The translations under genes were made by a program, and so were the position numbers. This document shows, in pieces, positions 1-9,829 of a stretch of DNA of 64,000 nucleotides. The notes beneath the pieces are model-generated. The model made no database searches and had not been told where the DNA came from. It worked only from the letters and a program-made list of their open reading frames with translations. The stretch comes from Candidatus Latescibacterota bacterium (GTDB lineage Bacteria > Latescibacterota > UBA2968 > GCA-2709665), in assembly GCA_965116875.1 (NCBI GenBank), contig OZ220733.1:4192001-4256000 (forward strand), given 5' to 3'. Each line of letters begins with the position of its first letter. The stretch's first letter is position 1.

Positions 1-334
1 CTCCCATCAGTACGGCGGCCTTGTTGCCCCACCTCAGATTGAGGACCTCCGCGCCCCGGCGCTTGTCGGCGAGGTCGATGACGTCATCGTGGATCAATGT
101 TGCCGTGTGGATGATTTCGATGCCGGCAGCCGCATCCACCACCCTGTCGGAACACTGCCCGACGGCCTGCGCGGTCAACAGCGAGAGGGCCGGACGAATG
201 ATCTTGCCCTTGGTCGTGAGAATGTGGCTGCCCATGGCCTGAACCAGATTGACATCGGAGGCGAGCGTCTCCGTGAATCGCCTCTCGAAACGCTCGATCT
301 GGGGCTGTACGGGCTGAAGAATCCGATCTAGCAT
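1..334 (-). CDS. polyprenyl (octaprenyl-type) diphosphate synthase, 5' part; runs off window start
   Basis: Manual translation from ATG at 334: MLDRILQPVQ...KGKIIRPAL...IEIIHTATLIHDDVIDLADKRRG...WGNKAAVLMG, containing the GKxxRP and first DDxxD(RRG) motifs. Absent from the ORF track because it is truncated. Confidence 0.9.
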   Translation of the reverse strand, partial: MLDRILQPVQPQIERFERRFTETLASDVNLVQAMGSHILTTKGKIIRPALSLLTAQAVGQCSDRVVDAAAGIEIIHTATLIHDDVIDLADKRRGAEVLNLRWGNKAAVLMG

Positions 335-412
335 TGGGATTTGGAATGGACGTGTGCGGGCCGTGGGTGTACCGCGCGAAACTGCAGTTTCCAGATTGGG
401 ATAAGACTTTCC

Positions 413-441
413 AACCTAACAAAAACAAGCGTGTTTGTCAA
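413..441 (-). promoter_or_regulatory. sigma-70 promoter for polyprenyl synthetase
   Basis: Minus strand TTGACA-17 nt-TAGGTT. Confidence 0.55.
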
Positions 442-452
442 TCACTAGCTAA

Positions 453-776
453 CAGTCCGTTGAAAAAGTCCATCCGGGCTACGGCCGGCCCTTGCGGTCG
501 AAATACTGCGTTGCGCTCCCTCGCCGAATCGCAGGATGGGACTCGGTCGCGCGCCTTGTCTTCGACCACAATGGCACGTGTTCCGCCCCGGAAATAGATC
601 GCCGAAATTCGGCCGCCGAGTCGCCCGACTGGCAAGGCGCCTGAGCAAGGCGACCTGCTTACGGTCTCCGAGCGAAGGCAACGCCGCCAGACGGGATGAA
701 TCGGCGGATGAATGGTGACATATTTCCGGGACGGGACACCAAGCCTCGCCTGCAGAGCGACTTTATCAACGGACTG
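453..776 (-). mobile_element. miniature inverted-repeat element family A, copy 1 (interrupted by a family C element)
   Basis: TIRs CAGTCCGTTGAAAAAGTC (453) and GACTTTATCAACGGACTG (ends 776). Outside 578-739 it is the near-identical reverse complement of 16486-16645. Confidence 0.85.
578..739 (+). mobile_element. miniature inverted-repeat element family C (162 bp), nested in element A1
   Basis: 19-bp TIRs GTGTTCCGCCCCGGAAATA / TATTTCCGGGACGGGACAC (17/19 match), internal palindrome, and absent from the A2 copy. Confidence 0.8.
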
Positions 777-3501
777 CTACAGGCCCGGTGTGCACGCTGA
801 AGACGATTTTCCACCGCTCGGCGGGAATGGCGTCATATCCGAGCCCGCCGCATTTGGTGTAGACGCAGGCCGACTCGCCGTCGCACTCAATATGCCGAAT
901 GGGATATCCCGTGTCATAGGCGCCACCCCGGACCAGCAGCGTGTTCCCGATCAGATTCTCATGGGAAGGCAACCCGTCGATCCTGTAGAAGCTGCTGGAA
1001 TTGTCCGTCTTCACGTCCAGGATCGATCCGCCGGCCATCGGCGTTTCCAGTTCCAGCACGTGATCGTCCAGTCTGGCCATTGCGCCGCCAAGCAGATAGG
1101 CAGACGCCGGTCGCCCGTCCGGCGCCAGGGAAAAAACGCAAACCCGGCCGTTCGTTTCAAGGGTTCCTCCGGGTGTGTCGAAAACGGCGGTTTGACCCTG
1201 GGGGGAGACCACCACGACGTCCGTGCCCGATTCCCGGGTAACGACAACGCCCGCGGCGTCTCCCGATACGGGCGCAAGCCGCTCCACTGCCGCAACGAAC
1301 GTACGGGAACGCGGACTCACGTCGAACAGGCTGAGAAAGACGCTGCAGGCGGGACTGCCGGTGCGGCGGCGGACCACATACGGAACGGTTTCACCGGTCC
1401 GGACGTTGTCGCGTGAGCCGGTGCCCCTTTCACCCCAACCCGTTCCGATCAGCACCTGCTCGCCGTCAGCCGGCAGGGCATGTGCGGTGAACCGCCGCCC
1501 GTCCAGGTCAAAGTGGATCGACCATGCACTCTCTGCGCGGGCGGCGGCCAGATCCGTCAGATCCCACCATTCGGCCCCGCTCGGGTGGAGGTCCAGGTTC
1601 CGCGGTACCCCCTCTGCCGCCGGTCCATGGAACAGATAGTCGTGAACGCGGCCGCCGGTCACCCTGAAGCAGTCGATCAGGTAGCTGCCTGTGCCGCCGT
1701 GGTCGATTACCGCGCACAGGCGGCGATACGTGTCGACGTCGTAGGCGCTGGATGATACTTCGGCGACCTTTACCCAACCGGTACTGTCGAACAGGTGGAG
1801 GCTGCCGCCGCGTCCCTCGCGTTTCTGGTCCTGCTCGTCGACGACCACGGTGTTGTGCGCGATGGTGCGAACGGTATTGTGTTTGTCCGGCCGATCCCAG
1901 AGGTAACCGAGATCGGTCAGGGCTTCATGTCCGTCTTTCCAGTAGACAAGATTCAGACTGTCTTCGTGGTGATGTCCGCCCCAGTCCGAGGCGCTGAGCA
2001 GCGCGGTACTCGTCCGTCCGTGTTCGCCGGTGCGAAGCAGGCCGATTCGCAGTGTTGGAAAGAACCGATCCGTAAGGATCAGCGGAGAAGACGGATCGGC
2101 TTTCAGGTCCGGGTCGCGATGGAAGAGGGCGTACTCTCCGCCGTGATTCTCCAGATCGAATTCGCACAGTTCGGCGAGCAGGGCGACGTGGTTCGCGTCG
2201 CCGTAGCGGGCGGCGATGATATCGGCAATGTCCGCGGACATCCTGCAGGCGGTTACGTCGTCGGCGATGACGCCATACCCGAGATCGGGCATCGGGCTCT
2301 TGACGTATCCCTCCAGTACCGCCCTGTACCGGCTGTCGCCGTAGATGTCCAGTTCCCGCGGGCCGGCTTCCGGGGCGCCCGAATCGGCTGACAGGGAGTA
2401 GCCATGCGCGGCGTCCGCGAAGTGTCGGATTCCATTGAGCGTCATGAATCCGTAACCCGGAGATTCGGAACTCATGCCGTCTTCCAGGAACCAGTTGTAG
2501 ACGAAATGATTGAACCCGTCCAGGCCGAAGCGGACCAGATTCGGATCGTCGAGACAAAGGCCGACGATGCCCGCGGCGGAGCGGTTGGTCGCGCTCTTGT
2601 TGTTGAAGTTCGGATCGGCCAGCAAAAGGATCGTGCTTTCGAGAAGCAGGTCTCGTTCGATCTTCCTGCGGGCTTCCGGGGTGTACACGGGACGGCCGGC
2701 GGCTCTTGCGCCGCGTGTGAGGTCAAAGGCGATCGTGACGTCGGAGACGAAGGTGCCCTCCATGCCCACGCCCGTGGCGCGCCCCGCCATCCAGTAACCC
2801 ACGTGCAACTTCCGGTCCGGACGGTTCGGCGGCACGACCAGTTCCGGCCTGGGCAGATCCAGGATATTTTTCGCGGCCTCCTCGGCCGGCGCGTCCGAAA
2901 ATTCGCCGTAGCCGGAGTGAACCATATACCCGGAATAGACCTCGGCGAATCGAAGGAGGATATCCCTGGTTCTTTCCGCGTGACCGATCTCCCGTGTCAG
3001 CACGTAGGCCAGCGCGCACTGGCGGGCCATGCGCCCCATATACTCGCATTTGCGGGCGCGGATGTTGGCGGTCCAGGACGAGACGAAGGGAAACCCGATG
3101 AGGTCCCAGTGTCTGCCCGTATAGTACGTGATTTCCTGTCCTCCGCCAAAGTCGGTCCTGAACACGACGTCTTCCGGGTAGTCCGAATTGGGATAGACGG
3201 TCCTGCAGGTCGTGCAGATCAGTTGATCGGGATTTTCCGGTTTCCAGCTGTAGTGCCCGTGGACGGGGGCCGCCTCGCAGGCCGGGCACATGGTGAAAAG
3301 CTCGCTGTTGGGCGTCTCGCGGGGAATCCACTGAATCAGATCGTCTCTCGTCAGACGAGGTATGACGGCGATCGACGCAAGCAGATCTTCGAGGAATCGT
3401 CGCGCCCAGACGTGGCGCTCGATGTTCAGGCGGGCGACGTCGAGGTCCTTCGGTTTGAAGAGGGTCGAGGGGGGATGGACCGGACGGGTATCACTCTCCA
3501 T
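766..3501 (-). CDS. heparinase II/III-like polysaccharide lyase family protein
   Basis: 911 aa ORF. NKSATN and ESPGY motifs in an alpha/alpha-toroid-like part; GGHHHEDSLNL, DLGY and HNTVVVD in the Hepar_II_III-like C-terminal part; N-terminal CPAC...CTTC motif. Confidence 0.75.
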   Translation of the reverse strand: MESDTRPVHPPSTLFKPKDLDVARLNIERHVWARRFLEDLLASIAVIPRLTRDDLIQWIPRETPNSELFTMCPACEAAPVHGHYSWKPENPDQLICTTCRTVYPNSDYPEDVVFRTDFGGGQEITYYTGRHWDLIGFPFVSSWTANIRARKCEYMGRMARQCALAYVLTREIGHAERTRDILLRFAEVYSGYMVHSGYGEFSDAPAEEAAKNILDLPRPELVVPPNRPDRKLHVGYWMAGRATGVGMEGTFVSDVTIAFDLTRGARAAGRPVYTPEARRKIERDLLLESTILLLADPNFNNKSATNRSAAGIVGLCLDDPNLVRFGLDGFNHFVYNWFLEDGMSSESPGYGFMTLNGIRHFADAAHGYSLSADSGAPEAGPRELDIYGDSRYRAVLEGYVKSPMPDLGYGVIADDVTACRMSADIADIIAARYGDANHVALLAELCEFDLENHGGEYALFHRDPDLKADPSSPLILTDRFFPTLRIGLLRTGEHGRTSTALLSASDWGGHHHEDSLNLVYWKDGHEALTDLGYLWDRPDKHNTVRTIAHNTVVVDEQDQKREGRGGSLHLFDSTGWVKVAEVSSSAYDVDTYRRLCAVIDHGGTGSYLIDCFRVTGGRVHDYLFHGPAAEGVPRNLDLHPSGAEWWDLTDLAAARAESAWSIHFDLDGRRFTAHALPADGEQVLIGTGWGERGTGSRDNVRTGETVPYVVRRRTGSPACSVFLSLFDVSPRSRTFVAAVERLAPVSGDAAGVVVTRESGTDVVVVSPQGQTAVFDTPGGTLETNGRVCVFSLAPDGRPASAYLLGGAMARLDDHVLELETPMAGGSILDVKTDNSSSFYRIDGLPSHENLIGNTLLVRGGAYDTGYPIRHIECDGESACVYTKCGGLGYDAIPAERWKIVFSVHTGPVAVR

Positions 3502-3631
3502 GGCGCTCTCGCTATGCGTTGGTTGTTGGACTTCTGGTGCGATTGATATCCCGAGATTTCACTCAGGACAGTCCGCCGTGGAGGCGCCGGATACCTGGCA
3601 GCGGCGGCGATGCGGCGTTGCCGGAAGTGTT

Positions 3632-4378
3632 TTACCCGTGTGCTCGTTCGAGGTAATCGGCCGCTCCCGCAGCGATCCACGGGCCGATGGTCGTCAACAG
3701 GAATCGTGCGCCGAGGTCCGTGTATTTCTCCACGTTGTCGCTGGTGGTGAGGGTTCCCGGCGTTCGTCCCGCGTCCCTGGTGCGGATCAGGGTCTCGTCG
3801 ACCGCGCGTTGAACGTCGGGGTGGTCGTTGTTGCCGATATGGCCCATCGAAGCCGCCAGATCCGACGGGGCGACGAAGAAGACGTCAATCTGATCCACCT
3901 CGAGGATCGCATCCAGGTTGCGCACCGAGACGATGTCCTCGATGAGCACGACCAACAGGGTTTCGTCGTTTGCGGTAAACAGGTAATCGGGTACATCATA
4001 ACCCTGGCGGCTGGTGAAGAGGCCGCGTTTTCCCAGCGGCGCGAACTTGCCGCCGTCGACGACGTTTCGCGCCTCTGCCGCCGTGTTGACGTGGGGGACG
4101 ACAATGCCCTGCGCGCCCCGGTCCAGCGTTCGGTAAATCAGGGCCTGATCGTTGCGGTTGACCCTGACGATCGAGGTCATCCCCCACAGGTCGCAGGCCC
4201 TCGTGAGGTTGCCGAGGTCGGCCGCGTTGACGGGTCCGTGTTCTCCTTCCAGCCAGATGCCGTCGAAACCGGTATTGCCGAAGGCGTCGACGTCGTCGGG
4301 ATGGGTGAAGCCGCTTGCGACACAGGCGATGCCGCCGTCAGCGAGTTTTCGTTTGACGCGGTTTGTCCGGATGGTCAA
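3632..4378 (-). CDS. HpcH/HpaI aldolase family protein
   Basis: FDGIWLEGEHG, LDRGAQGIVVPHV, KFAPLGKRG, VLIED and FVAPSDL motifs. Confidence 0.9.
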   Translation of the reverse strand: MTIRTNRVKRKLADGGIACVASGFTHPDDVDAFGNTGFDGIWLEGEHGPVNAADLGNLTRACDLWGMTSIVRVNRNDQALIYRTLDRGAQGIVVPHVNTAAEARNVVDGGKFAPLGKRGLFTSRQGYDVPDYLFTANDETLLVVLIEDIVSVRNLDAILEVDQIDVFFVAPSDLAASMGHIGNNDHPDVQRAVDETLIRTRDAGRTPGTLTTSDNVEKYTDLGARFLLTTIGPWIAAGAADYLERAHG

Positions 4379-4431
4379 GGGCAGTTCTCCTCTTCGTTGG
4401 GCCGCGTGGCGTGCAGAAGCCGGACACTCGT

Positions 4432-5217
4432 TCAGATCGAACGGGAGTTGCGGCTGAGGTCGATGCTTACGGGCGCATGGTCGGAAACGGTCAGTCCGGC
4501 CGCGCGGTGGACGGCTGCCTTGCGGAATCGTGCGGCGACGGCGGCGTTTCCCAGGAGGTAATCAATCCGCCAGCCACGGTCAAGTTCGCGGGCGCGACCG
4601 CGATTGGACCACCAGGAATAGGGCCCCTGCACGTCTCCGAAATGGTGACGGACAAGGTCGTTCCATCCGGTAGCCAGCAGGTCGGTCATCCACTGCCTTT
4701 CGTGGGGCAGGAATCCTGAGTTTTTCGCGTTTCCCCTGGCGTAGTAAATGTCTTTTTCGGTATGAGCAATGTTGAAGTCGCCTCCGAGGACCACGGGTTC
4801 GTCCCGCTGCGTGTATTTCTCCGCCCACGGCAGAAACCGGGCCATCCAGAGATCTTCCTTGATTTTCTGGCGATCTTCGCTGGATGAGCCCGAGGGCAGG
4901 TAAACGTTGACTACCCGGATGCCCTGTACCCGCGCCTGGAGGATCCGGCCTTCCGGATCCGACCCGTGGATACCGGCACCGAGAACCTCGAACTTATGGC
5001 GGGACCAGATCGCAACCCCGGAATACCCCTTGCGTTCCGCCGGATGCCAGTGGACGTACCAGCCGCGCGGACGGCTCCACTCAGCGGGCAGTTGTTCGGG
5101 AAGCGTCCGGATTTCCTGGAGGAGGAGTACGTCCGGAGCGATCCGTTCAACGTGACTGGCAAAGCCCTTTCTGATCGCGGCGCGCAGACCGTTGACGTTC
5201 CAGGTGGCTATTCGCAT
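4432..5217 (-). CDS. xth: exodeoxyribonuclease III
   Basis: MRIATWNVNGLRA, LQE, GYSGVA, GDFNIAH, YSWWS, GWRIDY and SDHAP motifs. Confidence 0.93.
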   Translation of the reverse strand: MRIATWNVNGLRAAIRKGFASHVERIAPDVLLLQEIRTLPEQLPAEWSRPRGWYVHWHPAERKGYSGVAIWSRHKFEVLGAGIHGSDPEGRILQARVQGIRVVNVYLPSGSSSEDRQKIKEDLWMARFLPWAEKYTQRDEPVVLGGDFNIAHTEKDIYYARGNAKNSGFLPHERQWMTDLLATGWNDLVRHHFGDVQGPYSWWSNRGRARELDRGWRIDYLLGNAAVAARFRKAAVHRAAGLTVSDHAPVSIDLSRNSRSI

Positions 5218-5270
5218 AGAGCCGGCGAGAGTGAGACCGCCTTCGGATTCCGTTGGCGGCAGTCGTTGAT

Positions 5271-7142
5271 TCAGACCGGTGCAGTGTCAATGCTGAGCGT
5301 TTGCTTCTGCCGGGAGACGGTGATGCTGCCGGTACCGGGCGTCAATTCAACGTCGGCCGGGTCGCAGTCGATACCGAATGCGACGGCGAACATGGCCGAC
5401 CTTGACTTCAGCACGGTATCGATTTTCAGGTATCCGACGTCCAGACTCTCGGCGTCGGCGTGACCCGGTTTCAGGTCCTCGTGCCGGCCCCTGTGAAACG
5501 TCGCTTCCGAAGGCGCCAACAGGCGCACATTTACATTGGTATCTCCGTCGGCGAGCGTGGCCGAAGCTCCGGAGATTTCAGCCGCGTCCGAGAAGTGAAT
5601 GCGGGATTCCATCCGGATCGCGTCCGTGACCTCGATCTCGTCTATGACGAGAAAGAGCGCAGGACGGAGAAAGAGGAAATGCCGGACGAAAACCGAGAGA
5701 CTGTCGATGCCGTAAGCGGCTGCGATGGAAGCCCTGAGGTAATCGTGGGTGTCCGTGAATTCGGTCCTTTCCACGGTTCCCACGAGCCGGCGTTCGCCCG
5801 GCTGCCCCTGTCCGTCGAAGAGCGGCAGATTGTGACCGTGGGTCGCCTTGAAGATCCATTCGCCCGGGTCTCCATAGCGGCCGATGCCGAGTTCGCGTAC
5901 GACGGTCCTCTGACCGGCGTGGATGATATAGTTCCCGACGTCCGCGTGGCCATGGGGTTCTACCGTAGCCCCGATTTTCAATGCCATGATGGGTGCGTCC
6001 GGGTCATGCCAGGAACCTCGCATCACGCACCATCCGGCATCGGGAAAGTAGGCGGATGGATGGGACGGGGCCGGCAGTTCGGGTGCGGTGTCGGACGCAT
6101 CCCAGAAGAGTTCCGCCAGCTTGATGGACGGCCGCCGGCCCGTGGTGACCCGATCGAAGTACGCGGCCGCCCGGTTGCCGTATTCCTGTGCGAATTTGCG
6201 GAAGGCCATGCCGCCCGGAAAATGCTTGCCGCAGTCCGCGAAGTTGACCACGCGGTCGGGCGGGAGAAAGCAGTTGATTGGAAATTCGACCGTATTCCTG
6301 AGTTTGGGGTGATCGTACAGGCTGATCCGTCCGCCGGTGATCCGTCTCAGCGCGTCCGAAAACGGAAAGGAAGTGACGATGCCGTAGTTCCAATACCCCG
6401 GACCCTCCTTCCAGGAACCGTCGTTCTGGATGCCATCGTAGAATTTCGTGATGCGTTCAATACATTCCCGTATGACTCCGAGCATGGCTTCGCGAGGGCG
6501 AACATCCGTTCGCAGATGCATGTGCCCCGCATCGAGCATGGCCATCGCGCACAGGCCCATGTTGGATACGCACACGGAGCACCAGTTGCTGTCGTAACGC
6601 GACGCCCAGAAGTGATGCTGCATGCCGCCGATGCAGTGCGCCAGGCCGCGCGCAAAGACCATGAACTCGAGCTCACGGCGCTGGTTGTCGGAAAGTGCGT
6701 CGTATAGAAGGTCGTAAGCGGAGGCGAAACAGGCGCAGGTATGGCTGCCGTCCAGATCCAGGAGCATGAATTCGTGCACCGGGTGGACCCACGAGGGCCA
6801 GCTCATCATTGAAGCCAGGCCCTCCCATGCTTTTTCGAAGTAGGCCTGATCCTGGTCGACCGCGTACGCCAGCACGTAGTCTTCAACGAGATTCCGCGCC
6901 TCGGCGGAAAGGCGGCTGTATGCCTCCCAGACGCCGTTCCTGTAGCTGGCCTCTCTGGGTGGCGGCGTTGGGAACGGGAGATCCAAGTGAGCGTTCAGCC
7001 GTTCGCGCGTCTGCGCGTACACGTCCGCATGGGAGCCGTCGAGGCAGAGTGCGCGCACCCGCTCGAGGTCCGCCCTCGAGAAGTGGAGATAGGGATGTTC
7101 CAGAGTCTCCGGTATGAGACGCTCGACGTCAGATACGGTCAT
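5271..7142 (-). CDS. heparinase II/III-like protein (DUF4962-like N-terminus)
   Basis: HPYLHF N-terminus, SNWCSVC, DGSWKEGPGYWNYG, NFAD, HGHADVGNY and HNLPLFDG motifs. Start placed at ATG 7142 (ORF extends to 7190). Confidence 0.78.
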   Translation of the reverse strand: MTVSDVERLIPETLEHPYLHFSRADLERVRALCLDGSHADVYAQTRERLNAHLDLPFPTPPPREASYRNGVWEAYSRLSAEARNLVEDYVLAYAVDQDQAYFEKAWEGLASMMSWPSWVHPVHEFMLLDLDGSHTCACFASAYDLLYDALSDNQRRELEFMVFARGLAHCIGGMQHHFWASRYDSNWCSVCVSNMGLCAMAMLDAGHMHLRTDVRPREAMLGVIRECIERITKFYDGIQNDGSWKEGPGYWNYGIVTSFPFSDALRRITGGRISLYDHPKLRNTVEFPINCFLPPDRVVNFADCGKHFPGGMAFRKFAQEYGNRAAAYFDRVTTGRRPSIKLAELFWDASDTAPELPAPSHPSAYFPDAGWCVMRGSWHDPDAPIMALKIGATVEPHGHADVGNYIIHAGQRTVVRELGIGRYGDPGEWIFKATHGHNLPLFDGQGQPGERRLVGTVERTEFTDTHDYLRASIAAAYGIDSLSVFVRHFLFLRPALFLVIDEIEVTDAIRMESRIHFSDAAEISGASATLADGDTNVNVRLLAPSEATFHRGRHEDLKPGHADAESLDVGYLKIDTVLKSRSAMFAVAFGIDCDPADVELTPGTGSITVSRQKQTLSIDTAPV

Positions 7143-7234
7143 GAAGAATCCTGAAGGGGTTGGCATCGGGCAGGGATAGCGGGTCGCCACCGGCGCAAGT
7201 TCCTCCGGTCCGGTCGGGCGCGTTTTCGAAAGTC

Positions 7235-7263
7235 AATATAGCGATCGGCAAATTGGGGGTCAA
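7235..7263 (-). promoter_or_regulatory. sigma-70 promoter
   Basis: Minus strand TTGACC-17-TATATT upstream of the lyase/xth/aldolase/lyase run. Confidence 0.55.
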
Positions 7264-7298
7264 GCAGATGTCATGCAGGGACAGAGCGAAGGGGTCGG

Positions 7299-8174
7299 CT
7301 ACGCGCGCTTTCTGGCAAGAAGGACGCGTTCGGTACCGGTGAGGTCGGAAACGGTCCGTTCATGGATGAACTCCGGCGATTTTTCCAGGAGCTCCAATAC
7401 GTCCGGAGCGGTACCGTCGGCGACTTCCAAAGCAAGCCACCCGCCCTTGCACAGGACGTCCGGCGCCCGGGCGATAATCAGACGGTGGAAGGCGAGCCCG
7501 TCCGGCCCGCCGTCGAGTGCGAGCGGGGGGTCGAAGCAGCGGACTTCGGGCTGAAGGGTACGCAGATCGCTGGCGGCGACATAGGGGGGATTTGAAACGA
7601 CGGCGTGGAACACGGCCCGCGACCGGAATGCGCAAAGAAGGTCCGCGCAAACGAAGGCAATCCGATGTTGTACATCGTTGCGACGGGCATTGCGAGCCGC
7701 GAGTCGGAGGGCTCTCGGGGAAACGTCGGTCGCGACCAGGCGGCTCCCGGGAAGCGTATGCGCAAGCGCTACGGCGACGGGACCGGCACCCGTACCGACG
7801 TCCAGTACAAGCGGACCGGAATGGGCATGCAGGCGGTCGACAAGCGTTTCGACGAGAATCTCGGTTTCCGGACGGGGAATGAGCGCGTCGGGGTCGACGT
7901 AAAAAGGCAGGGAGAAAAATTCGGTTTCGCCAAGCAAATGCTGAAGCGGCACACGCGCACGCCGCTTTTGTACGAAATCCCGAAGCCGTTCAACCTGCAC
8001 CGGCGTAAGTCGTCGACGCGGGTTCACGAAGATACCGGAACGGCTGGTTTCAAGGACGGCCGCAAGCAGCCACTCCGCGTCGGCACGAGGATCCGGTACG
8101 CCGGCATCCGCCAGGCTTCGCGCCAGAATGGCGAGGACGGCGGAGGTGGTGGGAAGCGAGGTGGATTCGGCCAT
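7299..8174 (-). CDS. prmC: release factor glutamine N5-methyltransferase
   Basis: LIPRPETE, LDVGTGAG, SNPPY and ALDGGPDGL motifs; lies downstream of prfA. Confidence 0.95.
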   Translation of the reverse strand: MAESTSLPTTSAVLAILARSLADAGVPDPRADAEWLLAAVLETSRSGIFVNPRRRLTPVQVERLRDFVQKRRARVPLQHLLGETEFFSLPFYVDPDALIPRPETEILVETLVDRLHAHSGPLVLDVGTGAGPVAVALAHTLPGSRLVATDVSPRALRLAARNARRNDVQHRIAFVCADLLCAFRSRAVFHAVVSNPPYVAASDLRTLQPEVRCFDPPLALDGGPDGLAFHRLIIARAPDVLCKGGWLALEVADGTAPDVLELLEKSPEFIHERTVSDLTGTERVLLARKRA

Positions 8175-8208
8175 GGCCTGCCCGTCTAACAGTCCGGGCC
8201 CGGTCGTA

Positions 8209-9297
8209 TCATGTGGGAACGCTGTGATTCCGTTCGCCGTCTCTTATCTTTTCCGTATGGTCGGCCAGGCGCAGGGCGCTGATGAAATCGTCAAGGTCGC
8301 CCTCAAGCGTCTCTTCGAGTTTGTGGAGCGTGAGTTTGATCCGGTGGTCGGTGACCCGTCCCTGGGGAAAATTGTACGTGCGTATCTTCGCGCTTCGGTC
8401 GCCCGTGCCCACCTGAGCCCTCCGGCTACGGGAGGTTGTGTCTTTCTGGTCCTGCAGGGCGCGGTCGAGGAGCCGCGCGCGAAGGACCTTCATCGCCTTG
8501 GCCTTGTTCTTGTGCTGGGACTTCTCGTCCTGGCACTGTACGATCAGCCCGGTGGGCAGATGGGTAATCCGAACGGCCGAATCGGTGGTATTGACACTCT
8601 GGCCTCCCGGTCCCGAGGACCGATAGACGTCCACCCTGATTTCTTCGGGACTGACTTCGATATCCACGTCCTCCGCTTCGGGCAGTACCGCAACCGTGGA
8701 AGTGGAGGTATGGATGCGCCCGCTGGACTCGGTCTCGGGAATGCGCTGGACGCGGTGTACGCCGCTTTCGTACTTCAGACTGCCGTAGACGTCGCTTCCG
8801 CCAACCGAGAAGATGACCTCCTTGAATCCGCCGATGCCTGTCGGATTGGCGCTGAGCAGTTCGGCCCGCCACCCCTTTGATTCGGAGTAACGGGTATACA
8901 TCCTGTACAAATCGGCGGCAAACAGCGCCGCCTCTTCGCCTCCGGCGCCGGCGCGGATCTCCACGATCGTGTTCTTGCTGTCGTTGGGATCCCGCGGGAT
9001 CAGCAGGAATTGGAGTTTCTCTCCAAGCCGGGCCTCCTCCCGTTCGAGTTCGGCATGTTCTTCACGGGCAAATTCGACCAGTTCGGCGTCACTCGAGTCC
9101 CGGATGATCTCTCCGGCCTCCTCCAGGCCGGTGACAACCTGCCGATATTCGCGGTAACGGCTTACGATTTCTTCGAGACGACGATACTCTATGGTGAGTT
9201 CTCTGAACCTGTCGGGCATTGCCGCGACGTCCGGGCGCGCCATTTCAGCACGGATCTCCTCGAACCGGTTTTCGACGTCTTTCAGTTGACCGAACAT
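8209..9297 (-). CDS. prfA: peptide chain release factor 1
   Basis: [23 protein letters not shown] (PxT), GPGGQSVN and RTYNFPQGR motifs. Confidence 0.97.
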   Translation of the reverse strand: MFGQLKDVENRFEEIRAEMARPDVAAMPDRFRELTIEYRRLEEIVSRYREYRQVVTGLEEAGEIIRDSSDAELVEFAREEHAELEREEARLGEKLQFLLIPRDPNDSKNTIVEIRAGAGGEEAALFAADLYRMYTRYSESKGWRAELLSANPTGIGGFKEVIFSVGGSDVYGSLKYESGVHRVQRIPETESSGRIHTSTSTVAVLPEAEDVDIEVSPEEIRVDVYRSSGPGGQSVNTTDSAVRITHLPTGLIVQCQDEKSQHKNKAKAMKVLRARLLDRALQDQKDTTSRSRRAQVGTGDRSAKIRTYNFPQGRVTDHRIKLTLHKLEETLEGDLDDFISALRLADHTEKIRDGERNHSVPT

Positions 9298-9358
9298 ACG
9301 ACTTCCCTGTCAGTTAACCCAACGTACGGCTGCATCCGGATACCTGCCGGAAATACAA

Positions 9359-9416
9359 CAAAAAAGGTGAAGCGGTACGCACGACCACCGGCAGGCGGAC
9401 GATGCCGTTTCACCTT
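9359..9416 (-). terminator. long hairpin plus U-tract after rpmE
   Basis: AAGGTGAAACGGCA...TACCGCTTCACC-TTTTTT on the minus strand between rpmE and prfA. Confidence 0.55.
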
Positions 9417-9436
9417 ATATGCGAAACTCTGGTTGG

Positions 9437-9694
9437 CTAATCTTCGGCGACTGCCTTCACGTCAGCCTGTTCAGCGACGTCCCCGGCTTCTTCGTCACCT
9501 ATATTGTAACGGCGCCGGTACCGTTCCACCATGCCCGCGGTGTCCACCAGTCGCTGTTTGCCCGTGTAGAACGGATGGCAGTTGGAGCAGATGTCCACCC
9601 GCAGACCGGGCACGGTCCCGTGCGTTTGCAGGGAGTTTCCACAGGCGCAGGTGATCGTGGTTTCCACGTATTCGGGATGAATATTCGGTTTCAC
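9437..9694 (-). CDS. rpmE: 50S ribosomal protein L31 (Zn-binding type)
   Basis: [32 protein letters not shown]; GTG start. Confidence 0.97.
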   Translation of the reverse strand: MKPNIHPEYVETTITCACGNSLQTHGTVPGLRVDICSNCHPFYTGKQRLVDTAGMVERYRRRYNIGDEEAGDVAEQADVKAVAED

Positions 9695-9744
9695 GTGGCA
9701 ATTTCCCTTTCATCCGGATGAATCGACGACATAATCAATCCCCG

Positions 9745-9773
9745 AATATATACAAAACAGGTTTGCAGCGCAA
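9745..9773 (-). promoter_or_regulatory. sigma-70 promoter for rpmE
   Basis: Minus strand TTGCGC-17-TATATT. Confidence 0.55.
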
Positions 9774-9829
9774 GAATTCACCAGCCAATGGCGGCTGCCG
9801 GATCCTCACGGTTCTTACTGGAGGGAGGT

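Noticed and set aside
334-718. Short ORFs similar to those at 16261-16804 (and 48074-48352 vs 54172-54519)
   Set aside because: The similarity comes from the repeated miniature elements, not from a protein family
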